From contig JAZRXQ010000153.1 in NCBI GenBank assembly GCA_045600305.1, forward strand, positions 1-47,706: a stretch of 47,706 nt of DNA, given 5' to 3'. Positions 15,385 through 26,049 of the stretch are shown here, one piece after another. The translations under genes were made by a program, and so were the position numbers. A model generated the notes under the pieces. That model searched no databases and was not told where the DNA came from. It was given only the letters and a program-made list of their open reading frames with translations. Numbering within the stretch: the first letter of the stretch is position 1; each line of letters begins with the position of its first letter. This DNA is from Lachnospiraceae bacterium (GTDB taxonomy: Bacteria; Bacillota; Clostridia; Lachnospirales; Lachnospiraceae).

Positions 15385-16014
15385 TTATACACTTATTCCT
15401 AACGATGTGAGAATCTTGTCATAGCTTCCCTCGTCAGGAAGTAGGATAAAATATCCATCTATGAGCACATCATCTCCAAATTCAGTTTCAATCATAAGTG
15501 CATTATCTCCAAACTGTCCAAACATAATAGCAGGAACAGACAGAATAGATGCAGCCATATCAACTGAAATATATGGTATTGAAGGTGATATCGTAAGTCC
15601 TGTCAGGCTAGCTAAAGCTGACAAATATGATGCGGCAATAATATTACCAATCTCCTTGATAGCTGAAAGCTCCATCTCTGCGAACTCTGCGCCACCTCTA
15701 TCACCTACATCAAAGCCACCCATAAGCTTGTCAACAAGATAATGTGCAGCAGGCACCTTAAGAAGGAACATCATACTACCCGTAATATCAAGCTCAACCT
15801 CTAAGAAAATTCCTACTATTGTCTCATCCTCGTCACAAATGACATTTCCAAGCTTTTCAACCGGACGAAGCTCTACATTAGGAACCTTCATATCGATAGC
15901 AATACCGAGCATGGTTGCAATCGCTGTGGTTGCATTACCTGCTCCGATATTACCAATCTCTTTAAGCACGTCTAGATACATGCTATTCATATTATCAAAT
16001 GAAAATTCGCTCAA
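15385..16014 (-). CDS. cheC: CheY-P phosphatase CheC
   Basis: Duplicated (E)IGNIGAGNA / EIGNIIAASY CheC motifs. TTG start with a GAGAGGG RBS; the alternative is ATG 15990. Confidence 0.88.
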   Translation of the reverse strand: MSEFSFDNMNSMYLDVLKEIGNIGAGNATTAIATMLGIAIDMKVPNVELRPVEKLGNVICDEDETIVGIFLEVELDITGSMMFLLKVPAAHYLVDKLMGGFDVGDRGGAEFAEMELSAIKEIGNIIAASYLSALASLTGLTISPSIPYISVDMAASILSVPAIMFGQFGDNALMIETEFGDDVLIDGYFILLPDEGSYDKILTSLGISV

Positions 16015-16028
16015 AGTAATAACCCTCT

Positions 16029-16487
16029 CTACTCGTCAGCAACAACAACTGCAATATCAAAGATTGAAATAAGCTCACCCTCGCTCTTTCCAATACCATT
16101 GATATATGTATTTTTACCTTCCTTTGAATCATGACTAGGCTTCTCAATCTCTTCATTGACAAGGTTAACAACCTCCTTAACCTCATCAACCATAATACCA
16201 ATCTTACCAAGATCCTGAATCTTTAAGACGATAATACGAGAGGCGTGAGTAACAACATCATCCTCAAAGCCCATCTTTTTGCGAATACTCATAACGGGTA
16301 CAATCTCACCACGAAGGTTGATTATACCATTGAAATAATGCTGAGCATTAGGAACTCTAGTAATCTTTTGCATACGTATAATATTGTCTACGTAGCTGAT
16401 ATCTATTCCGTACTGCTCGCTTCCAAGCTTAACAACTATAAACTGTGTAATTTCACCAACTTCAGTAACACCTGTAATGCTTTCCAT
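16029..16487 (-). CDS. cheW: Chemotaxis coupling protein CheW
   Basis: 152 aa with FIVVKLGSEQYGIDISYVDNI...INLRGEIVPV, typical of the CheW domain. Confidence 0.9.
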   Translation of the reverse strand: MESITGVTEVGEITQFIVVKLGSEQYGIDISYVDNIIRMQKITRVPNAQHYFNGIINLRGEIVPVMSIRKKMGFEDDVVTHASRIIVLKIQDLGKIGIMVDEVKEVVNLVNEEIEKPSHDSKEGKNTYINGIGKSEGELISIFDIAVVVADE

Positions 16488-16500
16488 AGTTACCTCCTCC

Positions 16501-18657
16501 TTACATTAATGTATTAACATCAAGGATAAGAGCTATCTCACCATCACCTAAGATGGTTGCACCACTTATGACCTTGGTTGAATTGACAATAAACTTACCT
16601 AAAGACTTGATAACGATTTCCTGCTGACCAATGAGGTTATCAACTACGAGACCAACCTGCTTGTCACCCTTCATAACGATAACAACAATTAGACTCTCAG
16701 GCTCAACCTCAGGTGGATCAATATCAAGAAGCTGATTTAAGCGGACAATAGGAATAACCGCACTACGAAGGTGGATTACTTCCTTTGCCTCAACATACTT
16801 GATGTCTGATACAGGAATATCCTCAATTGTATTGATTGAACCAAGTGCGATTGCATACTTCTCATCCTTGATTTCAACCATGAGTGCCTGAATAATAGCA
16901 AGTGTAAGAGGAAGTCTAACTGTAAATTTGGTTCCCTCACCAAACTTAGATACAACCTCTACATCTCCACCAAGAGCCTCGATATTGCTCTTAACAACAT
17001 CAAGTCCAACTCCACGACCAGAAATATCTGTAATCTCCTTGGCCATAGAGAAGCTAGGCATAAATAAGAAATCAATAATCTCTTTATCAGAAAGATTCTC
17101 AGCAGCCTCTGCTGTTACAATGCCTCGCTCAATTGCCTTAGCCTTAACTCTCTCAGTATCAATACCATTACCATCATCGCTAACCTCAATGATGACATTG
17201 TTACCTTCCTGGAACGCATTGAGCTTGATTGTACCAACCTCAGGCTTACCTCTTTCTCTACGAACCTCAGCTGACTCAAGTCCATGGTCTGCAGAGTTAC
17301 GAAGCAAGTGCTGTAAAGGATCACCAATCTGGTCAACAACAGTACGGTCTAACTCTGTCTCCTCACCTGACATATAAAGCTCCATCTTCTTATTGAGCTT
17401 TCTTGAAAGGTCTCTAATCATTCTAGGGAACTTGTTAACAACGCTCTCGATAGGAACCATTCGAACCTTCATAACCGACTCATGAAGACCGGTTGTGATA
17501 CGCTCAAGGTATTCTATCTGCTCCTGGAATGATCCATTAGATGAATCTGTATTAGTAGATGAAAGTGAAACAAGTGAATTCTTAGCAATAATAAGCTCTG
17601 ATACCTGATTCATCAAATCATCAAGCTTTTCAATATCTACACGAACGGTACGGCTTGTAACCTTACCACCATCCTTCTTCTTGGCAGGTGCATTACTGTT
17701 CTGTGCATTCGAAGGCTCTGCTGTCTGGGCAGGTGCGCTTGTTGCCTTGGGTGCCTCTACTACAGCGGGAGCAGTCTCTGGCTCTGCGACAGTTTCAGAA
17801 GCAGCTTCAGCTTCAGCTTCAGCCTCAGCCTCGTCACCATCTATAAACTCAACAGGAATCTCTCCAGCAATAGCATCATCTATCTCAGATACGCTCTTTG
17901 CTGCAGCAACAATTTTATCTATGCTTTCTGTGGTTGTAAAATAAATACTAAATTCAAATTCAAATCTCTCGTCCTCAATATCCTGCGAACTAGGATTGTA
18001 TACGAGAATATCAGCAATATCCTCTACTGCCTTGAATACAAGGAAAGCTCTCGCAGCCTTAAGAAGACACTCTTTATTGATAAAGACTGTCATTCCGTAT
18101 ACCTTCTGTCCAGAGGTCATTGTCTCGCCAAGCTTCTTGCGATCTGACTCTGAAACCTCAGCACTAAGATACGCAGGTGTAGATGAATCTCCTGCATCCT
18201 CTGCAGGTGCTGCTTCGCTTGTAGTCTCTGTAGCCTCACTATTATCAGCAGGTGCTACAGTTCCACCATTATGCGCAGCATCAAGAAATGCATTAAGTCT
18301 CTTGATGATAGCCTCGTTGTCATTAGTTCCTTCATCAGAAGACTCCTTGATATTCTCAAGATATCCCTCAATAGCATCAAGACACTGGAATAAAAGGTCG
18401 ATCATCTCAGAATTAACCTGAATTGTATCGTTTCTAACCTCCTGGAACACGTCCTCCATATCATGAGTAAGATGCTGCATGCGCTTGAAGCCCATAGTTC
18501 CAGCCATACCCTTAAGAGAGTGAGCTGCACGGAAAATTTCATTAACTGTGTCCTTGTTTCCGGGCTCTTTCTCAAGGATCATAATTGAATCACTCAAGGT
18601 CTGAATGTGTTCGCCTGTCTCATCAATAAAAATCTCTAAATACTGGCTTACGTCCAT
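16501..18657 (-). CDS. cheA: Chemotaxis histidine kinase CheA
   Basis: Hpt box (FRAAHSLKGMAG), HATPase boxes (HLLRNSADHG, DDGNGID, GRGVGLDVV) and a C-terminal CheW-like domain. Confidence 0.95.
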   Translation of the reverse strand: MDVSQYLEIFIDETGEHIQTLSDSIMILEKEPGNKDTVNEIFRAAHSLKGMAGTMGFKRMQHLTHDMEDVFQEVRNDTIQVNSEMIDLLFQCLDAIEGYLENIKESSDEGTNDNEAIIKRLNAFLDAAHNGGTVAPADNSEATETTSEAAPAEDAGDSSTPAYLSAEVSESDRKKLGETMTSGQKVYGMTVFINKECLLKAARAFLVFKAVEDIADILVYNPSSQDIEDERFEFEFSIYFTTTESIDKIVAAAKSVSEIDDAIAGEIPVEFIDGDEAEAEAEAEAASETVAEPETAPAVVEAPKATSAPAQTAEPSNAQNSNAPAKKKDGGKVTSRTVRVDIEKLDDLMNQVSELIIAKNSLVSLSSTNTDSSNGSFQEQIEYLERITTGLHESVMKVRMVPIESVVNKFPRMIRDLSRKLNKKMELYMSGEETELDRTVVDQIGDPLQHLLRNSADHGLESAEVRRERGKPEVGTIKLNAFQEGNNVIIEVSDDGNGIDTERVKAKAIERGIVTAEAAENLSDKEIIDFLFMPSFSMAKEITDISGRGVGLDVVKSNIEALGGDVEVVSKFGEGTKFTVRLPLTLAIIQALMVEIKDEKYAIALGSINTIEDIPVSDIKYVEAKEVIHLRSAVIPIVRLNQLLDIDPPEVEPESLIVVIVMKGDKQVGLVVDNLIGQQEIVIKSLGKFIVNSTKVISGATILGDGEIALILDVNTLM

Positions 18658-18658
18658 T

Positions 18659-19714
18659 TTACTTTACCCCCACTTTTTTATTTATTGCGTCTGCAATTTT
18701 GTTTAAAGGTACTATTTCATCTGACAGTCCTGCATCTGCGACTGCCCTAGGCATGCCGTATACAATACAGCTCGCCGCATCCTGGGAAATACAGTATATA
18801 TTCTTGCATGAATCCAAATCTGTAATTCCCTTGGTGCCATCTGCACCCATTCCTGTTAAAACAACACATGTAATATCATCATATGCTGTATCCATAATAG
18901 AATCATACATAATATCTGCACAAGGCTTTAATGTACCAACCGGTGGCGCATCTGAAAGTTTGATTCTACCTGCACCTGTTCGGTCTGTATACACTGTAAG
19001 ATGCATGCCTCCTGGAGCAATATATACATGCCCCTTGACAAGTACATCACCTTCTTCAGCTTCTTTGATCTCTACCTTGGATAATTCGTTCAATCTCTCA
19101 GCAAGTGTCTTAGTAAAGCCCTTAGGCATATGCTGTACTAAAACAATTGGCGCATCAATTCTTGGATCTATAAAAGGAAGAACTGACTGTAGTGATCTAG
19201 GTCCACCTGTCGAGCAACAAAGAGCAACAAGCTTGCTCTTACCAGAGCTCTTAGATGATATACGCGACTTACGTGGTACTGAAACCGAAGTCCTAGGCGT
19301 ATCCCTATGAGCCTTGGTCTCAAATACTGCATCCAATACAGAAATTAAAGTTTTCTTGAATACAGAACCTCTGGCCTCTACAATATTCTCTGGTTTGGTA
19401 ACAAAATCTATTGCTCCAAGCTCCATACATCGTAGAGTAACCGCTGCTCCCTCCTTGGTCTCTGCACTAACCATAAGTACATTGACCTTGATTCCTTCAT
19501 TATTGAGAGCAATTAAAAGTTCGTCACCGTTCATCCTGGGCATATTAAAATCCAGGACTACTGCATCGTATGATTTTACCCTGAGGCGTTCAAGAGCTTC
19601 CTGCCCATCTCGGCAATAATCCTTGGCCTCATACCGACTGTCCGAGTTGATTATATCACAGAACGTCCGCCTCATGAGTGCAGAGTCATCTACAACCAAA
19701 ATATTATGCTTCAT
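18659..19714 (-). CDS. cheB: Protein-glutamate methylesterase/deamidase CheB
   Basis: N-terminal receiver domain (ILVVDDSALMR...DFNMPRMNG) and a methylesterase domain (CCSTGGP, LTGMGADG). Confidence 0.93.
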   Translation of the reverse strand: MKHNILVVDDSALMRRTFCDIINSDSRYEAKDYCRDGQEALERLRVKSYDAVVLDFNMPRMNGDELLIALNNEGIKVNVLMVSAETKEGAAVTLRCMELGAIDFVTKPENIVEARGSVFKKTLISVLDAVFETKAHRDTPRTSVSVPRKSRISSKSSGKSKLVALCCSTGGPRSLQSVLPFIDPRIDAPIVLVQHMPKGFTKTLAERLNELSKVEIKEAEEGDVLVKGHVYIAPGGMHLTVYTDRTGAGRIKLSDAPPVGTLKPCADIMYDSIMDTAYDDITCVVLTGMGADGTKGITDLDSCKNIYCISQDAASCIVYGMPRAVADAGLSDEIVPLNKIADAINKKVGVK

Positions 19715-20457
19715 TATATTCCACTATCCTTTTTCCTTGATTTTCTGTCTTCGTCGAAAATATATTTTATAATTCTCTCTCGAAGCTTAGGGTTTAGCTT
19801 TTGAAACTCTCCTCTAGTCTCAAAAGTATCCACAGAATTTTGCAGCCTATTGCAATGGAGTACATCCATCAAAAATAAAATTGGTAATCTATCATTTTCA
19901 TTTTCAAGACACACATCAATTAAAATTAAATCCCCTGGATTATACTGTTCCTTACTCGAGAATCTACAGCCTCCACCGGATATATCAACCATTACACCAG
20001 GCTTCATATTTTCAACTACTACTGGTGCAGCAGCAAAGGTCATAATATCTGCATCAGACATAGCAAGAGCTTTTTCTTTATTTATAACAATGGCTTTCAT
20101 GTCAATCATACACTGAAGCCTGAAATACTCTCTTCTCTGAAACTTCACGAGCTCTGTTATAGGAAAAACCGTAGCAAACATGAGGTTTCCTTCTTTAAAA
20201 CGCTCGGTCACCTGACACAGTGCTCTATATAAGCCCTTTTTACTGTAAAAAAGTAATTCGTAATTGCTATCTACATTTACTAATACTATTCTACCCTTAT
20301 ACATAGGCATCTCTATCACGATAGTTCCGTTAGACCTAACGTCATCGACCTGGCTACGTAAAACTGGTGCCTTCTCCCCACCCTTTTTTTCTCGTTCTTT
20401 AGCTACAGGAGATATGACATCTATTTTATTTCCTATTTGAATAATGTCATTATACAT
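19714..20457 (-). CDS. PilZ-domain flagellar brake protein (YcgR/MotI-like)
   Basis: A YcgR-like N-domain followed by the PilZ c-di-GMP motifs RREYFR (RRxxxR) and DISGGG (DxSxxG). Confidence 0.8.
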   Translation of the reverse strand: MYNDIIQIGNKIDVISPVAKEREKKGGEKAPVLRSQVDDVRSNGTIVIEMPMYKGRIVLVNVDSNYELLFYSKKGLYRALCQVTERFKEGNLMFATVFPITELVKFQRREYFRLQCMIDMKAIVINKEKALAMSDADIMTFAAAPVVVENMKPGVMVDISGGGCRFSSKEQYNPGDLILIDVCLENENDRLPILFLMDVLHCNRLQNSVDTFETRGEFQKLNPKLRERIIKYIFDEDRKSRKKDSGI

Positions 20458-20470
20458 AAATAATCCTAAT

Positions 20471-21352
20471 TTACTTTCTATTTATAAGACCATACAATAA
20501 TTTAGTTATGCCACCACGCATTTTATAAATAGTATTTTCTTCATTTACTAAATTGTGAGCAAGAATCTCATATGCTTTAGCTGATGGACTTGCCGGATCA
20601 AATATAGAAACAGTCTTTTGTGCTCTCACCGCTTTTTCAATTGCGCTATCCTGCGGGATTAACCCTAAATAATTGATACTCGCATTCAAAAACTGAAGTG
20701 CTACTGCATTAAGCTTGTCATATACCCCCTGACCATCTGCAGTAGAATTAACACGATTCGCTATTACATTGATAGTCGCTGATGAAGCATCAAATCTAGG
20801 ATTTCTATACAAGGTTTTAAGCAACGAATATGAATCCGTAAGCGACGCCGGCTCAGGTGTTGTAACAAGAAGTATCTCAGGACTAGTGAGCACGAACTCC
20901 ATTACACTATCTGATATTCCAGCACCAGTATCAATCAATATAAAATCAGCCATATTATCTAATTCAGATAAATTATGAACCAAATAAACAACCTGATCCT
21001 TGGTGATATTACTAAGGCCAACTACTCCAGAGCCTCCTGAGATAAAACCAATATCTAAGGGACCTGGTGTAATAACATCCTTTATATTCATACCCCTATA
21101 GATTACGTCAGAAAGATTGTATTTGGGGATTGCACCAAACATAACCTCTACATTTGCAAGTCCTATATCTGCATCAAAAATAATAACCTTTTTACCAAGC
21201 TTTGATAGCTGAACAGCTAGATTTACCGTGGTGTTTGATTTACCTACACCACCCTTTCCACTAGTAATAGTCAAGACCCTGGCACTTTTATTCTCTTTTT
21301 CTAATTCCTTTTGTCTAACAAGCTCACGAAGCTCGCTTGCCTGATCTAGCAT
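20471..21352 (-). CDS. flhG: MinD/ParA-type ATPase FlhG (YlxH)
   Basis: Deviant Walker A SGKGGVGKSN; positioned after flhF. Confidence 0.9.
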   Translation of the reverse strand: MLDQASELRELVRQKELEKENKSARVLTITSGKGGVGKSNTTVNLAVQLSKLGKKVIIFDADIGLANVEVMFGAIPKYNLSDVIYRGMNIKDVITPGPLDIGFISGGSGVVGLSNITKDQVVYLVHNLSELDNMADFILIDTGAGISDSVMEFVLTSPEILLVTTPEPASLTDSYSLLKTLYRNPRFDASSATINVIANRVNSTADGQGVYDKLNAVALQFLNASINYLGLIPQDSAIEKAVRAQKTVSIFDPASPSAKAYEILAHNLVNEENTIYKMRGGITKLLYGLINRK

Positions 21353-21362
21353 ACCATACTCC

Positions 21363-22814
21363 TTAATTAGTTCTAAGTAACGTCTTAACTATGTCCTGAG
21401 GATTAAACTCTAGCATATCGCCGGGAACATTTTGTCCATTTGTAATGTAGGAAATCTCTGCCCCTGTATACTGCTTGATATTGTAGAGATTACCATAAAC
21501 CTCTGTCTCATCAAGCTTGGTGAAAATAAGAGAATAATCAGAAATACTCTTATACATTTCACAAATATCCTTTAAATCTCTGTACTTAGTCGTCGATGAC
21601 AATACTAAATAAACTGATTTACGCAAATTCTCAGGAATAATATCTATCAATGCTTTAGTGTCCTGTCTTTGTGACTCATTCTTATGAGAGAATCCTGCAG
21701 TATCAATAAGCACTAAATCATAATCAGCAAATGATTCTACCGTCTCTAAAAGCTCCTCTGGAGAATAGATAATTCGAAGAGGTGACTTTATAATCTCCGC
21801 ATACTTCGCAAGCTGGTCGGTCGCAGCAATTCTATATGTGTCCGCAGTAATCAATGCAACCTTTTTATCTAGTTCAACGGAAAATTTGGAAGCAAGCTTT
21901 GCAATAGTTGTTGTCTTACCAACACCTGTAGGTCCAATAAAAAAAACTATTCCAGGCTTTTTTCCCTCTGTTCTAATAGGATTAGGATTACCAAATTTAA
22001 GAACCATCTTCTGATAAATATTGCTAAGGAAATAATCAATGCCTACGCTCATTCCCTTGCCCTTCATCACATCATCAAGAAGAGAGTTAGCATATCTTTC
22101 ATCCACTTCGTTTTGAATAAGAGAGTTATATAACAGCTTTAGGAATGCGATATTCTCATCTGTTTCTCCAATATCAGCTAATGTAATTGCACTCTTAGTT
22201 GCTTTAGCTTCCACCATTTCTTTATCTGAAGCTGCTTTTACATTATCTGAAGTCTTCTTTGAAGCTACATTCTTATTTTTATCAGATGAAGAGATTGATT
22301 GAGCAAGTATATTATTTAGCTTTTGAAGCTTTTCTTCGGTATCGTCATTTTCATCTGTGCTGCTAGATAATAAATCTACTAATAGTGGTTCTTCCTCATT
22401 TTTAGAAGCTCTAGTCTCTTTTTTCATTGCTGCAGCAGGATTAACAGGCGCATATGCACTGGTTTTTGAAACCTTAGGTGCGGTATTTCTTATGCTGCTT
22501 CTAGAATAAACACCTGCATTATCAGGAGTATTATTCGCGCCATCTGCTGTTACTGGGGATATCTTGATTTCTTCATCAGCACTCAAATTAATGGTATCCT
22601 TGCCAGCAGCCTTTGATACAATAGCAGCTGACTCTACAGCCTCATCACCTTCTATCGCAGCTGTCACCTCAAAATATGACTGCTTAAAAAGACTAAAAAA
22701 ACCCTTAGGTTTAACCTGTCTATCATTCATAATGACGCAGTCTTCACCCATTTCCTTTTTTGCCTTTTCAATAGCTTCTTCTATTGTCTTACCTGTAAAC
22801 TTATTGATTGTCAT
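21363..22814 (-). CDS. flhF: SRP-type GTPase FlhF
   Basis: GPTGVGKTTTIAKLA, DTAG and TKLDE G-motifs, with a long low-complexity N-terminal region. Confidence 0.92.
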   Translation of the reverse strand: MTINKFTGKTIEEAIEKAKKEMGEDCVIMNDRQVKPKGFFSLFKQSYFEVTAAIEGDEAVESAAIVSKAAGKDTINLSADEEIKISPVTADGANNTPDNAGVYSRSSIRNTAPKVSKTSAYAPVNPAAAMKKETRASKNEEEPLLVDLLSSSTDENDDTEEKLQKLNNILAQSISSSDKNKNVASKKTSDNVKAASDKEMVEAKATKSAITLADIGETDENIAFLKLLYNSLIQNEVDERYANSLLDDVMKGKGMSVGIDYFLSNIYQKMVLKFGNPNPIRTEGKKPGIVFFIGPTGVGKTTTIAKLASKFSVELDKKVALITADTYRIAATDQLAKYAEIIKSPLRIIYSPEELLETVESFADYDLVLIDTAGFSHKNESQRQDTKALIDIIPENLRKSVYLVLSSTTKYRDLKDICEMYKSISDYSLIFTKLDETEVYGNLYNIKQYTGAEISYITNGQNVPGDMLEFNPQDIVKTLLRTN

Positions 22815-22832
22815 AAAAACCTCTGATAATAA

Positions 22833-24881
22833 TTAGCATGTAATCATACCTACAGACTGCAATTCTACATTAGACTCTATCTCGTTGTAGGAGATAATAA
22901 TCAAATCAGAAAGCTGTTCCTCTGTAAGCTTCTTGTAGTACATACGAACTATTGGATTGGTAACTACTATAGGGTTGTTTCCAAGATTCTCAAGCTTAGA
23001 AACCTCCTCTGCTGTCGCATCTAATATCGCCCTAGTACGTTCGGGGTCAAGTGCAAGATAAGCTCCTGCCTCAGTCTGTTTTACAGAGCTCATAATCTCC
23101 TGCTCTATCTTGGGGTCAAGTGTAACCACACTAGTTGCCTCATTTGCAGGGAAATACTTATTTGAAATAGCTCGCTTAAGTGCTTGTCTGACATATTCCG
23201 TCAACACATCTGTATCATGACTTGATGTAGCATGATCAGCAAGCGTCTCAAATATAGACAAAAGATCTCTGATTGAAATGCCCTCTGCAAGTAGATTCTG
23301 AAGAACCTTTTGTATCTCTCCAATGCCTAAAAGCTTGGGGAATAGCTCATCAACAAGAACTGGATTAGTCTCTTTAATATTGTCAATAAGATTCTGAACA
23401 TCCTGTCTAGTAAGAAGCTCTGCAATATGTCTTCTAATAATCTCTGTAAGGTGCGTTGCAATAATAGAGGGAGGATCAACAACCGTATAGCCCAAGCTCT
23501 CTGCACGCTCTCTTTGTCCCTCTGTAATCCAAATTGCAGGCAAATGGAAGGAAGGCTCATAAGTAGGAATTCCTGTAATCTCTTCCTCTACAAAGCCTGG
23601 ATTCATCGCCATGTAATGATCAAATAGAATCTCGCCCTCTGTAACCTGAATTCCTTTTATCTTGATAATATACTGATTAGGATTGAGCTGAATATTGTCA
23701 CGTAGACGAATAATAGGAACAACTGTACCTAATTCAAGAGCTATCTGCCTCCTTATCATGACAACTCTATCCAGCAAATCTCCACCCTGATTTACATCTG
23801 CCAGGGGAATAATACCATAACCAAACTCTAACTCTATAGGATCAACAGATAGCAAAGATACCACATTTTCTGGACGCCTAATCTCTTCTGCCTCACTCTC
23901 TGCAGTCGTTGCTTCTTCCTCAACCTGTTCAACCTTCAAGGTTCTGTTCATTGCAATACCTGAAATCAAAAACAGTCCACCTACTGCAGCACAAATGAAA
24001 AAGTTAAGAGGCGTAAGTCCTAGTACAATTACAGTACCACCAACTATCATAAGTACCTTAGGTAATCCAAACAGCTGCCTTACAAGCACCTGACCAAAAT
24101 CCGCCTCTTTAGCAGATTTAGTGACCAAAATACCAGTTGCGAGCGATATAGCAAGTGAGGGAATCTGTGACGAAAGTCCATCACCAATTGTGATAATTCC
24201 ATACTGCATAATTGCATCCTGAAAAGACGCTCCAGAATTTATCATTCCCATAACAGTACCACCAATGAGATTGACAAAGGTAATGATAAGACCTGCTGTC
24301 GCATCTCCCTTGACGTACTTGGTAGCTCCATCCATAGCTCCAAAGAAAGAAGATTCATCTTGAATCTTTTGACGTCTAGCCTTGGCTTCTTCGTCTGTAA
24401 TAGCTCCAGTATTAAGGTCAGCATCAATAGCCATCTGCTTACCAGGCATAGCATCCAAGGTAAATCTGGCAGTAACCTCTGATACACGCTCAGAACCCTT
24501 GTTGATTACGACGAACTGAACAATGATAAATATAATGAAAATAACGGCTCCAATGACGATATCACCACCACCAACGAAGCTTCCGAAGGTCATAACGACA
24601 TTACCAGGATTACCTGTTGTAAGAATAAGTCTTGTCGAAGAAACGTTTAGAGCAATTCTAAAAATTGTTGTAAATAGCAAAAGCGTCGGGAAGAAGGACA
24701 TATCCAAAACTTCCTTAACAAACAAACAGTTAAATAGAATAACCAACGCTATTGAAATATTAAGTACCAATAGCACATCAAGAAGGGCACTTGGTATGGG
24801 AATAATAAGGAACATAATTGCCGCTAAAAGATATATAGCAACACCAAAATCTGCTCCTAATGCTTTTAACTTAGAAACCAT
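22833..24881 (-). CDS. flhA: Flagellar export gate protein FlhA
   Basis: 682 aa with FPTLLLFTTIFRIALNVSSTRLIL and GAMDGATKYVKGDA motifs, preceded by an AGGAGG RBS. Confidence 0.96.
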   Translation of the reverse strand: MVSKLKALGADFGVAIYLLAAIMFLIIPIPSALLDVLLVLNISIALVILFNCLFVKEVLDMSFFPTLLLFTTIFRIALNVSSTRLILTTGNPGNVVMTFGSFVGGGDIVIGAVIFIIFIIVQFVVINKGSERVSEVTARFTLDAMPGKQMAIDADLNTGAITDEEAKARRQKIQDESSFFGAMDGATKYVKGDATAGLIITFVNLIGGTVMGMINSGASFQDAIMQYGIITIGDGLSSQIPSLAISLATGILVTKSAKEADFGQVLVRQLFGLPKVLMIVGGTVIVLGLTPLNFFICAAVGGLFLISGIAMNRTLKVEQVEEEATTAESEAEEIRRPENVVSLLSVDPIELEFGYGIIPLADVNQGGDLLDRVVMIRRQIALELGTVVPIIRLRDNIQLNPNQYIIKIKGIQVTEGEILFDHYMAMNPGFVEEEITGIPTYEPSFHLPAIWITEGQRERAESLGYTVVDPPSIIATHLTEIIRRHIAELLTRQDVQNLIDNIKETNPVLVDELFPKLLGIGEIQKVLQNLLAEGISIRDLLSIFETLADHATSSHDTDVLTEYVRQALKRAISNKYFPANEATSVVTLDPKIEQEIMSSVKQTEAGAYLALDPERTRAILDATAEEVSKLENLGNNPIVVTNPIVRMYYKKLTEEQLSDLIIISYNEIESNVELQSVGMITC

Positions 24882-24911
24882 ACCTGCCTCCTTTCTGTGA
24901 TAATCTATCTA

Positions 24912-26045
24912 CTAAATCTTGCCTTGCTTTCTATAAACCATAGCAAGAATATCTGCTACAGCAATATATAATTCAGGCGAAACCTCTTGTCCTACCTCAC
25001 AATTCGAGTACAACGATCTTGCAAGAGCCTTGTTTTCAACAATCTCGACGTTGTTCTCTTTTGCAATCTCTTTGATTCTTTGAGCAATTAAATCAGAACC
25101 CTTTGCCGTAACCATTGGAGCCTGCATTGACAAATTGTCATATTTTAATGCAACAGCATAGTGAGTAGGGTTTGTAATTACAACATCGGCCTCTGGAACC
25201 GACTGCATCATACGACGCCTTGATGCTTCCTGCATTCTGGCACGCTGTTTACCCTTAATCTGAGGGTCTCCCTCAGAGTTTTTCATCTCATCTTTTACTT
25301 CTTGCTTAGTCATCTTCATATCTTCATGGAACTTCCATCTCTGATATGCATAATCTCCGATTCCTACAAGAACAAATACAAGACTAATTCTAAATCCCAA
25401 ATCAATAACTAAATCACTTATCAATGCAATCGCAGAATTTAGCTCCAAATCATACATGATAAAAATATCATTTATCTTGTCGTTGACTGTCATATATACA
25501 ATCAGTGCAATAACTGCAACCTTGACAATTGACTTAGCCAATTCAAATAGCGATTTTGTTGAAAAAATTCGCTTAAATCCATTAATCGGATTAAATTTAT
25601 CAAGCTTTGGCTCCATGGGCTTGGTCGAGATTTTCCACTTAACCTGGACTAAATCTACAACAAAGCACACAACAAACCCGGCAGCAAAAAACGGAAGCAC
25701 TAGTATCAAAGAATCCAATAAGGATGTCTGAAAAAAGCCCATAACACTGCTTGAATTAAAAGCACTTGCACTGGCATAATCAGGAATCCTAGTGTAAATC
25801 TCATCAAAGACCCCTACAAATCGCTCTCCCATATATGAAGAAAAAACTCTAAGAATCAAAAACATAGCAACCAGACTAATTGCCATATTAAGATCCTTGC
25901 TCTTGCAGACATTACCGTCTTTTCTTGCATCATCAAGCTTTTTTGCTGTAGGCTCCTCTGTTTTTTCTCCACCAGGACCATCTTTTGCAAAAAACTGAAG
26001 ATTCAAAGGATATTTAGTTGTCATATCCATCAAAATACTATCCAT
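24912..26045 (-). CDS. flhB: Flagellar export protein FlhB
   Basis: LNLQFFA...EKTEEPTAKKLDDARKDG N-terminus and the NPTHYAVAL autocleavage site. Confidence 0.95.
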   Translation of the reverse strand: MDSILMDMTTKYPLNLQFFAKDGPGGEKTEEPTAKKLDDARKDGNVCKSKDLNMAISLVAMFLILRVFSSYMGERFVGVFDEIYTRIPDYASASAFNSSSVMGFFQTSLLDSLILVLPFFAAGFVVCFVVDLVQVKWKISTKPMEPKLDKFNPINGFKRIFSTKSLFELAKSIVKVAVIALIVYMTVNDKINDIFIMYDLELNSAIALISDLVIDLGFRISLVFVLVGIGDYAYQRWKFHEDMKMTKQEVKDEMKNSEGDPQIKGKQRARMQEASRRRMMQSVPEADVVITNPTHYAVALKYDNLSMQAPMVTAKGSDLIAQRIKEIAKENNVEIVENKALARSLYSNCEVGQEVSPELYIAVADILAMVYRKQGKI

Positions 26046-26049
26046 ATCT

